A program made the position numbers and the translations under genes. The notes under the pieces were generated by a model. It was not told the origin of the DNA. It ran no database searches and saw only the letters and a program-made list of their open reading frames with translations. From positions 214,676-278,675 of the forward strand of contig CALWEA010000001.1 of assembly GCA_944376905.1 (NCBI GenBank): DNA of 64,000 bases, read 5' to 3'. Below, in pieces: positions 43,263 to 54,211 of this stretch. The DNA is from an uncultured Clostridia bacterium (GTDB lineage Bacteria > Bacillota > Clostridia > Christensenellales > UBA1242). Every line of letters begins with the position of its first letter. Positions within the stretch are counted from its first letter, which is position 1.

Positions 43263-46200
43263 ATGAAAAAAAGAAAATTTTTAATTTTTTTGTTCGCAAT
43301 TTTTATGTTTGTTCCTTGCACATTTTTAATAACAGCATGCGGAGAAGAAAATTCAACTCCAAAAAATGTTGTTGTTACTCTTGAATTAAATGGTGGAACA
43401 ATTAACATGGAAACTTCTTTTAATTTAAAAGAAGGTGAAAAAGTAAACAATATATTAGATAATGTTTATCCTGAAAAAGTTGGATATGAATTTCATGGTT
43501 GGTATAGTTCTTCCAATTTTGATGAAAATTCTTTAATTACATCAGAAACAATTATTAATGCAAATTCTACTTTTTATGCAAAGTGGATTGAGAAAACATA
43601 TCAAGTATCTTTATTTCAAGTTACCCAAAGTAATTCTGTTATTGGTGAATCTATAACCTTTGATGTTTCATATTCTCAATTTGATGTTTCTCAAATTAAT
43701 ACAAGTATTCCAGGGTATATTTTTGATTGTGTTGTTTTAGATATATTTGATTTGGGAAATACAACCTTATTGGATAACAATAAAGAGTTTTTGCCAAATG
43801 TTGTTTATGATAATAAAACTTATACAAATGGTGATGCGAATTGGCTTTTCGATGGAAATTCAAATCAAGAAATATGTTTATGGTCTGTTTTTATTCCTAA
43901 AGAAACAAATTTGATTTTTGTAAATAATAATTTTTATAATTTAGATTTATTATATAATATTTCATATAATCCATCTTATTTAAATATTGGTATTGAAGAT
44001 AAAAAAGGTTACGATTTTGTTGGTTTATATTTTGATGAAGAGTACACTCAACAAATTATGGACAAAGATTATAATATAGTTGAAGAAACTCAAGAAACTT
44101 CAAAATATTATAATAAATTAGAAAATGGCTCTTTTCTTTGGAAGTATTTTGACGATGCGGGCGAGAGTGTTGAGTTGAATATTTATTCTATGTTCACGCC
44201 TAAAACTTTATCAACTTATAATTTAAATGATGCGTATAATATTTTAAATGATTCTTACTACTTATCTTTTACATTTGATAGTAATGAAATAGAAATATTT
44301 AAAAATCAAAACAAAGTTAATAATTTTGAAACTTCACAAGGTAAATTTTTAGAAGGAATTTATCTTGATGAGCAGTGTACGATAAAATTAATAGATTCAC
44401 AAGGTAATTTTGTTAAAAATGTTTTTTATGATTCCGTTCAATACACAAATGAAAATGGTGAATGGGTTAACGATGTTAACAGTTTATCATTATATGTAAA
44501 AGGTGATTCCTATTCTTCAAAATTAATATTACCAGATGATGATTTAATTGATGATAACAATGAATATATAACAATTAAATATGGTTACGTTAATTATATT
44601 GAATTGCCAACAGATTATGTTTTGCCAACTTTAAATGGTTATGATTTAATTGGTTTTAAAATTAAAGGAACAGAAAATAAATTAATTCAAATTCGTGACA
44701 TAAGTTCTAGAAGTATTTCTCTTGTCAGTTTAGAAGGCTACTATCAATATTCAGAATGGATTCATAGTGTTAATACTAATACAGAAATTATTCTTGAACC
44801 ATTATGGCAACCTCAAACTTATACATTAGCGTTATATAAAGATAAAGATTTATCTTCTTTCTTCGCAACAATTAATGTTGTTTATAATAGTTCAAAAATT
44901 ACACCTCAAAATATTTCTGGATTACTTAATTCTGGCAATATAAAAGGTTACAATTTTATTGGATTGCAGGTAAGATTAGAAAATGGTAATTATGAAACAA
45001 TAATTAATATAAACAATAACGGAGATATGGTTTATGTTTACAATTTGACTGATTTTATTGAAGATGGTGTTTGGATTAAAGATTTGTCTGCTATTGAAAA
45101 TTCTTATAAATTGCAATTAGTAGCACTCTATGAACCTAAAACAACTATTATATCTTTTCAAACAAATGATTCGAATGTTTCTTTAAATACACAACAAATT
45201 TCAATTGAATATAATAATTCTTCTTTCAATGAAACAAATTTTGCTCTTGCTTCTAAACCAAATTATCAATTGGTTGGTTATGCACTCAACCCTGACGCAG
45301 AAATTGATGAAGTTTTATTAAACGCAGATTATACATTTAATAATGATTATATATTTTATCAATATTATAGTAATGGGGCTTGGGTTTATGAAAATGAAAG
45401 TTTAATTCTTTATCCTATATTTACTCCAAATTTAACTAATTTGTCTTTGCATATAATTTATTCATCAAATAATGAAGTTGAAACTATTTGGAATCAAAAT
45501 ATTGAGTATGGTGTTAATAGTAAAATAACTATTACAACAACTAATACTGGCTATAATTTTATGGGCTACTTTACAGAAAATAATGGAAATGGAATTAAGG
45601 TTACGGATGAGGAAGGTAATTTACTTCCAAATGTTGCAAACTTGACTGATAAAGATTCAAATTGGATTTATAGCGTTGAAAATGGTGTTGGAAATAATGA
45701 TTTTGACTTATATGCTTACTATACTCCAAAAGATTTCTCTTTGAATATTGATTACACTTATGGTGGAAGTGGTCCGGAATCAATATCAATAACATTTAAA
45801 ACATCAACATTTAAAAATTTTGAAAAACCAACTAGAACAGGATATACTTTTAATGGTTTTAGAGATTTTGGTGGAAATAAGGTTGTAGATGCAAATGGTG
45901 AACTTTTGAATTATAACAATGGTGGATTATATACACAATTAGATGAAACAACTGGCAAATATATTTGGATTGGAACTTACAATTTGCCTAAATTGTATCC
46001 ACATTGGGAAGTTCATTCAACAGAGATAACTTTTGATTATAACTATGAAAATGTTGAAACAGTTAAAATTATTATTGATTATGGTGAAACTAAATTTTTG
46101 ACCAACACTTTAATAACCAATAGAGTGGGATATGTTTTTGCTGGTTTTACTTATATAAAAGATAATCCTTATACTGTTCTTGTTGACGAAAATTTAAGTC

Positions 46201-46913
46201 TTGTTAAAGATGTTGCAGGTTACACTTCAAGCGAAGGTGAATGGATTTATAGTATTGATGAAAGTAATGATTTAACTCTTTACGCTTATTGGATAATATT
46301 GGATACTAATGGAAGTTATAAATTAGTAAACATTGATGAAGATGCTAATTTAATACCTAATCCTGAGTATTTGCGTTATTTGAATTCTTGGAGAAATACT
46401 AAAATAAAAGAAATTGCAGAAAATTATACAGCAACTATACAATTAAATTACAAAGATTCAACAAGAGACTTGTCTTTGACAGGTACGATTGAAAATACTT
46501 ATGATGATACAGTTAATTTTTCTTCTTTTACAACTAACACTATTCTTACCGATGGTTTATATAATTATGAAATAAGTGGTGGCGTTGATGTTTCAGATTT
46601 GAATAATACCTACAAAATAAAGCGAGACCAACAAGAAATACCTTATTTAGTTGATGAAAAGATAACTTCTTTAATTATAGATATGTTGAGTATTAATATT
46701 GCTGAAAAATCTCTTTTTGATGATTTGAAATATTATGTTGCTCTCGATGAAATTGCTTTTGTTAAAGTTAAAGTTGTAAGTACAAATGCTGACAATACTA
46801 TAAGTGAAATTTATTATATATTTGACGCCAATAATACTAATGATTTAATAGGATTTAGTGTTTTTGTAACAGAGGCCGATGGAACTAATTATAGTGGATT
46901 GATTAGATTTTAA
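43263..46913 (+). CDS. Large surface lipoprotein with Listeria-Bacteroides-type repeats
   Basis: ATG 43263 follows AAGGAGGA. The signal peptide ends in the lipobox FLITAC. There are multiple (G)Y.F.G(W/L/F)...(FYA/LYAYW) modules, e.g. GYEFHGWYSS...STFYAKW. Confidence 0.65.
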   Translation: MKKRKFLIFLFAIFMFVPCTFLITACGEENSTPKNVVVTLELNGGTINMETSFNLKEGEKVNNILDNVYPEKVGYEFHGWYSSSNFDENSLITSETIINANSTFYAKWIEKTYQVSLFQVTQSNSVIGESITFDVSYSQFDVSQINTSIPGYIFDCVVLDIFDLGNTTLLDNNKEFLPNVVYDNKTYTNGDANWLFDGNSNQEICLWSVFIPKETNLIFVNNNFYNLDLLYNISYNPSYLNIGIEDKKGYDFVGLYFDEEYTQQIMDKDYNIVEETQETSKYYNKLENGSFLWKYFDDAGESVELNIYSMFTPKTLSTYNLNDAYNILNDSYYLSFTFDSNEIEIFKNQNKVNNFETSQGKFLEGIYLDEQCTIKLIDSQGNFVKNVFYDSVQYTNENGEWVNDVNSLSLYVKGDSYSSKLILPDDDLIDDNNEYITIKYGYVNYIELPTDYVLPTLNGYDLIGFKIKGTENKLIQIRDISSRSISLVSLEGYYQYSEWIHSVNTNTEIILEPLWQPQTYTLALYKDKDLSSFFATINVVYNSSKITPQNISGLLNSGNIKGYNFIGLQVRLENGNYETIININNNGDMVYVYNLTDFIEDGVWIKDLSAIENSYKLQLVALYEPKTTIISFQTNDSNVSLNTQQISIEYNNSSFNETNFALASKPNYQLVGYALNPDAEIDEVLLNADYTFNNDYIFYQYYSNGAWVYENESLILYPIFTPNLTNLSLHIIYSSNNEVETIWNQNIEYGVNSKITITTTNTGYNFMGYFTENNGNGIKVTDEEGNLLPNVANLTDKDSNWIYSVENGVGNNDFDLYAYYTPKDFSLNIDYTYGGSGPESISITFKTSTFKNFEKPTRTGYTFNGFRDFGGNKVVDANGELLNYNNGGLYTQLDETTGKYIWIGTYNLPKLYPHWEVHSTEITFDYNYENVETVKIIIDYGETKFLTNTLITNRVGYVFAGFTYIKDNPYTVLVDENLSLVKDVAGYTSSEGEWIYSIDESNDLTLYAYWIILDTNGSYKLVNIDEDANLIPNPEYLRYLNSWRNTKIKEIAENYTATIQLNYKDSTRDLSLTGTIENTYDDTVNFSSFTTNTILTDGLYNYEISGGVDVSDLNNTYKIKRDQQEIPYLVDEKITSLIIDMLSINIAEKSLFDDLKYYVALDEIAFVKVKVVSTNADNTISEIYYIFDANNTNDLIGFSVFVTEADGTNYSGLIRF

Positions 46914-46929
46914 TAGAATAATTTAAAAT

Positions 46930-46959
46930 AAAAAATTGTGCAATATTGCACAATTTTTT
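46930..46959. terminator. Perfect 30-nt palindrome, bidirectional terminator
   Basis: AAAAAATTGTGCAAT|ATTGCACAATTTTTT between convergent genes. Confidence 0.7.
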
Positions 46960-47136
46960 ATTTTATCATAATATCTTATTTTCTTATTCATTATTTTCTT
47001 ATTTTTATTATTCATTATTTTCTTATTTTCTTATTTTATTTTATTTTATTTTATTTTATTTTATGTTTTGATAAATGTTGTTTATTCATTAATGAAAAGC
47101 ATAAATTTTTTAATTTATACTTTAAATTTAACTTTT

Positions 47137-48375
47137 TTATATTTCCAAATTTAATTCATTATTAAATGATTTTTTATTTATTTTTTTCTTTTTTTTATAT
47201 TTTTTTGTTATGGCTGATTTGTTGTTTACATCAAAAATATTTATCATTTTTGTTATCATATTATATTCGTCAATTATTAATTTTTTTAAATATTTTTGGT
47301 CTATATTAGGAGCATATTTACAAAGTTCAAATAAGTCACCTTCAGTATGAGAGTCTATATAATATTCAATAACCTCTTGTAGTTGATGTGGTTGAGTGTT
47401 GTAATTTTTGTTGTTTAAAATATTTATAGCAATTCTATAAGAACCAATTTTGTTGGCTTCATGTAAAATAAAATTTGCATATTTTTCATTATATAATTCT
47501 TTTATATTTAATAACTCGGCTAAAACAAACATCGTTTCTTCTGTTGGTGCGCTTGGAATTAGACTGTTAAGACAAAAACCATCATTAAAAACAACGCTTA
47601 AAATATTTTCAAACATACATTTAGTTGTGTAACACGCTTCATCAAATTCTTTTTTATTAAAATCAAAAAAGTACTCGTTACAATTTTTTTGTTGTAATTC
47701 TAAAATTTTAATCAAATTATCATAATTTTTTTCATTTTGTAAGTCAATTATCCCTTTTTCATTTTTTAACAAATGATGATGTGTTGTTAAATATTGATAA
47801 AGTAGTTTTAATTGATTTTTTGCATAGTGAATTTCTTCTATTTCAGAATTATTATAATTTTTCTTGTATTCAAAAAATTTGGAAATATCTTTATGGAATT
47901 CTTGGAAAGAATAGTCAAATAGTAGAAAATCATAATTACTATAATCTTTCTCAATAAAATAGCCATTAGGATTTGTTAATTTTTCATATAAACCAATTGT
48001 TTCTATTTGTTTTAGTTTATATATAATTTTTTCTAATTTAAATAATATTATTATAAGTTCATTCAAACTTTTTGGTTTTTCAAATAGTGAACTATTTAAA
48101 ACAAAAGATATTTCATCATTATAAAATATTGCGTTATTATATGTATTGTCAAATTTAAATTTGAAAATTTTTAAATTTAATTCTTGAAATTTTAATTTTA
48201 TATAAGTGTTTAAAAAGTTTTTATATCTCTTTTGTCCGTATTGAGAAGAAATAGTTGAAAAAGTTAACAAATATTTTAAAATTTCAGGGTTTATTATTGT
48301 TTCCAATTCCCTATTTATTTTTGTTTTAATATTTGTTTGTTGAATTTCAGATTTTTGTTTATTGTTATATTCCAT
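47137..48375 (-). CDS. Hypothetical protein (412 aa), Asn/Lys-rich orphan
   Basis: Long ORF. No recognisable motif. Confidence 0.45.
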   Translation of the reverse strand: MEYNNKQKSEIQQTNIKTKINRELETIINPEILKYLLTFSTISSQYGQKRYKNFLNTYIKLKFQELNLKIFKFKFDNTYNNAIFYNDEISFVLNSSLFEKPKSLNELIIILFKLEKIIYKLKQIETIGLYEKLTNPNGYFIEKDYSNYDFLLFDYSFQEFHKDISKFFEYKKNYNNSEIEEIHYAKNQLKLLYQYLTTHHHLLKNEKGIIDLQNEKNYDNLIKILELQQKNCNEYFFDFNKKEFDEACYTTKCMFENILSVVFNDGFCLNSLIPSAPTEETMFVLAELLNIKELYNEKYANFILHEANKIGSYRIAINILNNKNYNTQPHQLQEVIEYYIDSHTEGDLFELCKYAPNIDQKYLKKLIIDEYNMITKMINIFDVNNKSAITKKYKKKKKINKKSFNNELNLEI

Positions 48376-48571
48376 TCTAATACCTATTTAATCTTTTATT
48401 TTTTTATTTTTAATTTTTTCTAACTTTAAACTTGAAGTTTAATAAATAGTATTATAATTTTCTATGATTAATTCTTTAAAATTTTTATTCGCTTATAATT
48501 TATTAAATATTTTATGGTTAATGTAAGTTTAATTTAATAAGTATTGTTTTATTTCAAAATTACCAAATTTT

Positions 48572-49498
48572 TTAAAAAGTTAATTCTTGTTCTTTATTAT
48601 TAATTTTTTCAGAAGTTGATGTTTTTTTGATTTGTGAAGAATTGGAGTTGTTGGAATTGATTGGTTGCATAGTTTTAGAAGAATTTTTTGTCAATAAATT
48701 AGAATTATTACTAGATTTTTGAGAAAATTTTATTAAATCATCTTTTGCTTTATCATCTGTTGGTGTGTTATCGTTACTTAATTTTTTGTCTTGATAATTA
48801 TTTGCCACATTTAATTCTTTATTTTTCTTTTTTCTTGGTTCAAATAAAAAAATTTTAGATAAAATTTCTTCTTCTATTTGTTGTGCCAAAGTTTTTTTCT
48901 TTTTCCCTAAGTTGTAATATTCTAAAAAATTCATTATTATTAAATCACGATTAAATCTATCATAAAAAGTATCTTTTATTAAATTGCTGTATTCTAAATC
49001 TATTGATACTAAATCTTGATAAAGTTTAAAAGAATCTTGGTTTTCGTTTTTCAATAAAATTATATTTTGTTCCAACAATTCTGCACGATTTTTTAAAAAA
49101 ATTAAAAAATCTTGAAAACGTGCATTATCCTCTTTATTTGGTTTCATCATTTGTATGCTAGCAATTAAAGATTTTGTGTTATTTAATGCCATAAAAAATA
49201 AATCCGCAACTTCTTTATTTCCTCGTTCTAAAAATTTTTCTGCGACAACAACATTTTTGTTTTTAGAAATTCTAAGCATTCGTTCAACATATTCTGGACA
49301 AAAATTAAAATGGTTATTAAAAGGATTAAAACCTCTGGTTTGGTAAGCAAGTCCAAGAGCAGGATTACATAAATTAAGAGCATTAAAAATATTATAATCT
49401 ATTTCTTTTTCTTCAAAAGATTCTTGTTTATTATTTTTTATATGATTATTTATACTATTATTTGAAGTTGAAATGACAGTTTGTAAATTCATATTCAT
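48572..49498 (-). CDS. Hypothetical protein (308 aa), Asn/Lys-rich orphan
   Basis: Long ORF. No recognisable motif. Confidence 0.45.
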   Translation of the reverse strand: MNMNLQTVISTSNNSINNHIKNNKQESFEEKEIDYNIFNALNLCNPALGLAYQTRGFNPFNNHFNFCPEYVERMLRISKNKNVVVAEKFLERGNKEVADLFFMALNNTKSLIASIQMMKPNKEDNARFQDFLIFLKNRAELLEQNIILLKNENQDSFKLYQDLVSIDLEYSNLIKDTFYDRFNRDLIIMNFLEYYNLGKKKKTLAQQIEEEILSKIFLFEPRKKKNKELNVANNYQDKKLSNDNTPTDDKAKDDLIKFSQKSSNNSNLLTKNSSKTMQPINSNNSNSSQIKKTSTSEKINNKEQELTF

Positions 49499-49796
49499 TT
49501 TTTCCTCACACGTAATATATTAAATAAATGGAAAGAAACTGTTTATTTAAAAAAATATTGTTGCTAAAATTTTTGTTTGAAAATTTTTTAAAAAATCTTT
49601 ATATATTACTTTTACTAAATTATTTTTTAATAAGTTAAAATCAATTTATTAACATTTAAAAACTAAAAATATTATATCATACAAAACTTTAATTGTCAAA
49701 AAATTATAAAAATCTTATATATTTAATTGATTTTTTTTTGTTTTTAATGTATTATTCACTTGTAACATTTTGTTTATTATTAAAAGGAGAATTAAT

Positions 49797-50327
49797 ATGG
49801 AACTTAAAGGCTCTAAAACAGAAAAAAATTTATGGGAAGCTTTTGCAGGTGAAAGTCAGGCAAGAAATAAATATTCCTACTATGCATCAAAAGCAAAAAA
49901 AGATGGGTTTGAGCAAATTGCTTCTATTTTTGAAGAAACTGCAAATAACGAAAAAGAACATGCAAAAATGTGGTTCAAGATTTTAAAGGGTGGCGCAGTT
50001 CCTGCAACTTATGATAATCTTTTAGATGCCGCAGATGGAGAGAATTCAGAATGGACTGATATGTATAAAAGAATGGCAAAAGAAGCTCGTGAAGAGGGTT
50101 TTGATGATATTGCAGAAAAATTTGAAGGTGTCGCAAAAATAGAAGAAGAACATGAAAAAAGATATCGTATGCTTGCGAAGAATTTGAATGAAGGCAAAGT
50201 TTTTGTTGCTGATGATGTTGTTGTTTGGAAATGTCGTAATTGTGGGCATATTCATGTTGGGAAAAATGCACCAGAAGTTTGTCCAGTGTGTGACCATCCG
50301 CAAGCTTATTTTGAAATTGTTAAATAA
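49797..50327 (+). CDS. rbr: Rubrerythrin
   Basis: ATG 49797 follows AAGGAGA. The ferritin-like di-iron domain is TEKNLWEAFAGESQARNKY...EKEHAKMW...EEEHEKRY. The C-terminal rubredoxin-like part is CRNCG...CPVC. Confidence 0.85.
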   Translation: MELKGSKTEKNLWEAFAGESQARNKYSYYASKAKKDGFEQIASIFEETANNEKEHAKMWFKILKGGAVPATYDNLLDAADGENSEWTDMYKRMAKEAREEGFDDIAEKFEGVAKIEEEHEKRYRMLAKNLNEGKVFVADDVVVWKCRNCGHIHVGKNAPEVCPVCDHPQAYFEIVK

Positions 50328-50702
50328 TTTATTATAAAATGAACAGTTAATTTTATGTATCTAATATGATAATTAAAATTAATTGTTTTTTTTAACAATT
50401 TTTAATTAAAATTTGATATATCGATAATTTAGGGTAAATTTTTTTTAAGTAAATATTTTTTTTAACTTTACTTTTTTTTATTAATTATTTTATGTATAAA
50501 TTTTTATTATAATATTTTTAAACCTCTAAACCTTTTTTGGAAAAAATTTTTTATTTTTTTGTTTTTTTATGTTTTTATGTTGATTGATATATAATAATTT
50601 TAATACATAAATAAATTCATTTTTTAATTTTTTTAATTACACTATTTTTCTTATAATTTCATAAAATGAAATGAAGTTAAAACTTCAAAAAGGAGAAAAA
50701 TT

Positions 50703-51254
50703 ATGTCTTGTAATTATATTTGCGCGGGAAATTGCGTTAATATGTGTAGTAGTTGCCGAAATGTTGTTGCACAAGGTCCTCGTGGTTTTCAAGGCTTTCA
50801 AGGTCCAACTGGTCCAACTGGTGCAACGGGGGCAACTGGGGCAACAGGAGCAAGTGGAATAACATTAGCCAATGCTTATGGCAGTTTTGTTTCAAATACT
50901 CAACAAACTGTTGCTAATGGTTCTGAAATTGCGCTTGCTGTTAACAATGCATCATCAAATGTAACACCAAATGCTGGCAACACAGGTTTCACGGTTAATA
51001 TAACAGCACCTTATAAAATTTCTTATGGTGTTATTTCTAGCAGTGCAACAGGTAATTTTGCGTTAGCAGTTGATGGAGCGGAAGTTCCTAATAGTGAATT
51101 GGCTATAACACAAGCAAATCAGGAAAGAAGTAATGATATAATTTTAAATCTAACGTCTGGAAATGTTGTTGGAATAACAAATACAGGAGTTGGTTCATTT
51201 ACTTTGCCGGCTGATTCGGTTAACGCTTTTTTAACTTTAAATAGATTAATTTAA
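50703..51254 (+). CDS. Collagen-like (GXY)n protein with BclA/C1q-like C-terminal domain and Cys-rich N-terminus
   Basis: SD AAAGGAGAAA is upstream. GPRGFQGFQGPTGPTGATGATGATGASG gives about 9 G-X-Y triplets. A ~125-aa Ser/Thr/Asn/Gly/Val-rich beta-type domain follows. The N-terminus is MSCNYICAGNCVNMCSSC. Confidence 0.65.
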   Translation: MSCNYICAGNCVNMCSSCRNVVAQGPRGFQGFQGPTGPTGATGATGATGASGITLANAYGSFVSNTQQTVANGSEIALAVNNASSNVTPNAGNTGFTVNITAPYKISYGVISSSATGNFALAVDGAEVPNSELAITQANQERSNDIILNLTSGNVVGITNTGVGSFTLPADSVNAFLTLNRLI

Positions 51255-51639
51255 AAAAAGGGCATTTTGCCCTACATATTAAAAACAATAAATTTTATTG
51301 TTTTTTATTTTTTTTGCTTTTTACTTTATTTTATTTTATTTTATTTTATTTATTTTATTTTGTTTCATTATATTTCATTATATTTTATTATATTTTATTA
51401 TATTTGTTATTTAGATATTTATCTAATAACTTTATAAATATAAAATAATGTTTTTATTTTTTACCAATTTTAAGTATATTTATAATAAAAAATAAAAATT
51501 TTTATAATTATTTAATTTTTATTTTATTTAAAGATATGTTGGTGTTTAATACAAATAATATTATGTTATATTTTATTTTTGATTAATTATTTGATTATTT
51601 ATAAATATTTTAATTTAATTAAATTATAATTTTTTTATT

Positions 51640-52713
51640 TTATATTTTCAAATTTTCAAAAAGTTTTTTGTTGTGAATAACAGAAGGGTGATTAGGAGAA
51701 GATTTTTCTGCTAATAAATTATAATTTTTTGCAGAAATTAAATCGCCGTTTTGATATGAACAAACGCAAAGTTGTAAATAGGGAATTAATGTTTCAAAAT
51801 CTTTATCTATAAAAATATGAGATGATGAATTAGCGTTGCTTATTGCCAGTTTATACCAATAAATTGCTTGTTGTAGTAGATTTTGGTAAAAAAACACATC
51901 ACCTATTTTGCAAAATAATTTAGATGAAGGTATAAAATTTTTTAAATTTTCAAAATAAAAATATAAGGCTTTGGGGTAGTTTTTTTGAAAAGTATAGCAT
52001 TCACCAATAATTAAATTTGCTTCAAAAACATCAGCCATATTATTTTTTTCTTCATTAACAAATTTTTTTAAGATTGATATAGATTTTTTATAAAATTTAT
52101 GATAATAAAGTTCTCTGCCATAATAATAGTAATCTCTGTTTGTAAAAATTCTTCCTTCTTTTAATGCCAATCTATATATATTTAAATTTCGCTTTGTGTA
52201 GGGTTTATTTTTATCCTTATTATGATTGATAGTAATGTCTTTAAAAATAAAATTTCCTTGAATTGGTATAACTTCATGAAGAAAACCTATCCATCTAAGA
52301 TTTGGTGAATTTTTGATTAATCGTTCTCTGTAAAAAAAAGATGTTGCCTCACCATTTTCATTAATTGCGTTAACATATTTCATTAAAACCATATCTGTTT
52401 TTGTTGTTAAGGTTGATTTTAATTCTATTATTTTTTTTTGATTATCTTCTGTTATTATGTCATCGGCATCTAACCATAAAATAAAATCTTTTTTTGCTTT
52501 ATTAAATGTGTAGTTTCTTGCTTTTGAAAAATCATTTTGCCACCAAATTTTATAAACTTTGTTAGTGTAGTTTTTTGCAATTTCAATTGTTTTATCTGTT
52601 GAACCTGTGTCGGCAATGATAATTTCGTCGGCAAAACTTAAAACACTATTTAAACAATTTGATAAATTTTTTTCTTCATTTTTAACAATCAAACAAACAC
52701 TTATTTCTATCAT
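51640..52713 (-). CDS. Family 2 glycosyltransferase fused to TPR-like repeats
   Basis: The GT-A N-terminus is SVCLIVKNEEKNL...IIIADTGSTDKT...LWLDADD. The C-terminal half has Tyr/Ala-rich TPR-like helices (ALYFYFENLK.., AIYWYKLAI..). Confidence 0.7.
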   Translation of the reverse strand: MIEISVCLIVKNEEKNLSNCLNSVLSFADEIIIADTGSTDKTIEIAKNYTNKVYKIWWQNDFSKARNYTFNKAKKDFILWLDADDIITEDNQKKIIELKSTLTTKTDMVLMKYVNAINENGEATSFFYRERLIKNSPNLRWIGFLHEVIPIQGNFIFKDITINHNKDKNKPYTKRNLNIYRLALKEGRIFTNRDYYYYGRELYYHKFYKKSISILKKFVNEEKNNMADVFEANLIIGECYTFQKNYPKALYFYFENLKNFIPSSKLFCKIGDVFFYQNLLQQAIYWYKLAISNANSSSHIFIDKDFETLIPYLQLCVCSYQNGDLISAKNYNLLAEKSSPNHPSVIHNKKLFENLKI

Positions 52714-52929
52714 ATTATTTTAATATGAAAAAATTTTTTCTATTGTTAAACTGATTTTAATAAAATTTTTTAATGATATTTATAATAAATATTTAAGTAA
52801 TAAAACAAAAAAATATAAAAAAATAAATTTTTATTAAAAATATATGATTTATAAAGTTGTTTTCAAATTTGTATTATGCTATAATATTTTATAAATTATT
52901 ATAATTTTTGATAAAAGGCTTTTATTATT

Positions 52930-54021
52930 ATGAATGAGAACAATTATTGTTTTTTAAGCAAAAAAAAATTAGAGCAAATTCAAAATAAAATTAAAAATAA
53001 TGAAGATGTTTTGATTTTGGGTGTTGAATCAAGTTGCGATGAAACAAGTGTAAGTATTGTTAAAAATGGTCGTCAAATTCTAAGTAATATTATTGCAACT
53101 CAAATTCCCATACATAAAAAATTTGGCGGAGTTGTTCCTGAGGTCGCTTCAAGAAATCATATTTTAGTTATAGATAAAGTTTTGAAAGAGGCTCTTGATG
53201 TTGCAAAATGTGATTTGTCATCTATTGATGCAGTTGCTGTTACTTATGGGGCGGGTTTGATTGGGGCTCTTTTGGTTGGTATTAATTTCGCTAAATCTTT
53301 GGCTTATGCTCTTCAAGTTCCTTTAATAGCAGTTAGTCATGTTGAAGGACATATTTGTGCAAATTATCTTTCTCATCAAAAATTAAAACCTCCTTTTTTA
53401 TGTTTAATGGTTAGTGGGGGACATACCGCTATTTTAAAAATTGATTCCTACACTTCTCATAAATTAATTGGAACAACAATTGATGATGCAACAGGAGAGG
53501 CTTTTGACAAAGTTGCTAGAGTTTTAGGGCTCGGTTATCCTGGAGGGGTTGAAGTTGATAAATTGGCAAGGCAAGGTGAGGCTAATATTCAATTTATAAA
53601 AAACAATTCTTTAAAATCATCATTTGATTTTTCATTTAGTGGCATAAAAACTGCAGTTATAAATTATGTTCACAAATTAAAACAAAGTTTAAAACAAGAT
53701 TTAAATGAAAAACAAAAAAAAGATATATGTGCTAGTTTTCAAAAATTTGTTATTGATGAATTAACTTCTAAATCTTTACGGGCATGTAAAACTTTTAATT
53801 TGAATAAACTTGTTATTGCTGGGGGAGTTGGTGCTAATAGTGGTTTAAGAAAAAAATTTGATGAAATACAAAAACAAGAAAATATTGAAATTTTTTATCC
53901 AAATCTTGATTTATGTACTGATAATGCTGGAATGATTGCAAGTGCGGGATACTTTCAAATAAAAGATAATATTGGTATAGCAAATCTCAATTTAACAGCA
54001 AAGCCAACAATAAATTTATAA
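52930..54021 (+). CDS. tsaD: tRNA N6-adenosine threonylcarbamoyltransferase TsaD
   Basis: LGVESSCDETSVSIV, the metal site SHVEGHI, LMVSGGHT and AGGVGAN are present. The ATG at 52930 adds a ~27-aa extension, and an in-frame TTG at 53011 (M-ILGVESSCDET) is an alternative start. Confidence 0.85.
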   Translation: MNENNYCFLSKKKLEQIQNKIKNNEDVLILGVESSCDETSVSIVKNGRQILSNIIATQIPIHKKFGGVVPEVASRNHILVIDKVLKEALDVAKCDLSSIDAVAVTYGAGLIGALLVGINFAKSLAYALQVPLIAVSHVEGHICANYLSHQKLKPPFLCLMVSGGHTAILKIDSYTSHKLIGTTIDDATGEAFDKVARVLGLGYPGGVEVDKLARQGEANIQFIKNNSLKSSFDFSFSGIKTAVINYVHKLKQSLKQDLNEKQKKDICASFQKFVIDELTSKSLRACKTFNLNKLVIAGGVGANSGLRKKFDEIQKQENIEIFYPNLDLCTDNAGMIASAGYFQIKDNIGIANLNLTAKPTINL

Positions 54022-54211
54022 CTTAGAAAATATTTTTTGATTAAAATAATTTTATTATATAAGTTAATTTTTTATAAAAAAAGAACATTAAATAATAAAA
54101 GTTTATGTATTAGTAAATTTTTTATAAAAATTTAAGTTAAATACTATCAAATCTTTGTAATATAATCTTAATATTTTTTAAATGTTTCTCAATTTTAAAA
54201 GGTGGTGTAGA

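Noticed and set aside
46938-47165. 75-aa ORF MQYCTIFYFIIISYFLIHYFLIF...
   Set aside because: It lies entirely in a T-rich low-complexity repeat tract (TTATTTTCTTATT / TTTTA units) between convergent genes. It has no SD and starts inside the 30-nt palindromic terminator.
49693-49986. ORF 49693..49986 and the long N-terminal extension of ORF 49770..50327
   Set aside because: The rubrerythrin homology starts at MELKGSKTEKNLWEAFAGE (ATG 49797, with AAGGAGA upstream). The other frames overlap it without an SD or any motif.
50671-50862. ORF 50671..50862, overlapping the collagen-like gene in another frame
   Set aside because: It is a frame-shifted reading of the G-X-Y triplet repeat region. The 50703 frame has the SD and the continuous GXY periodicity.
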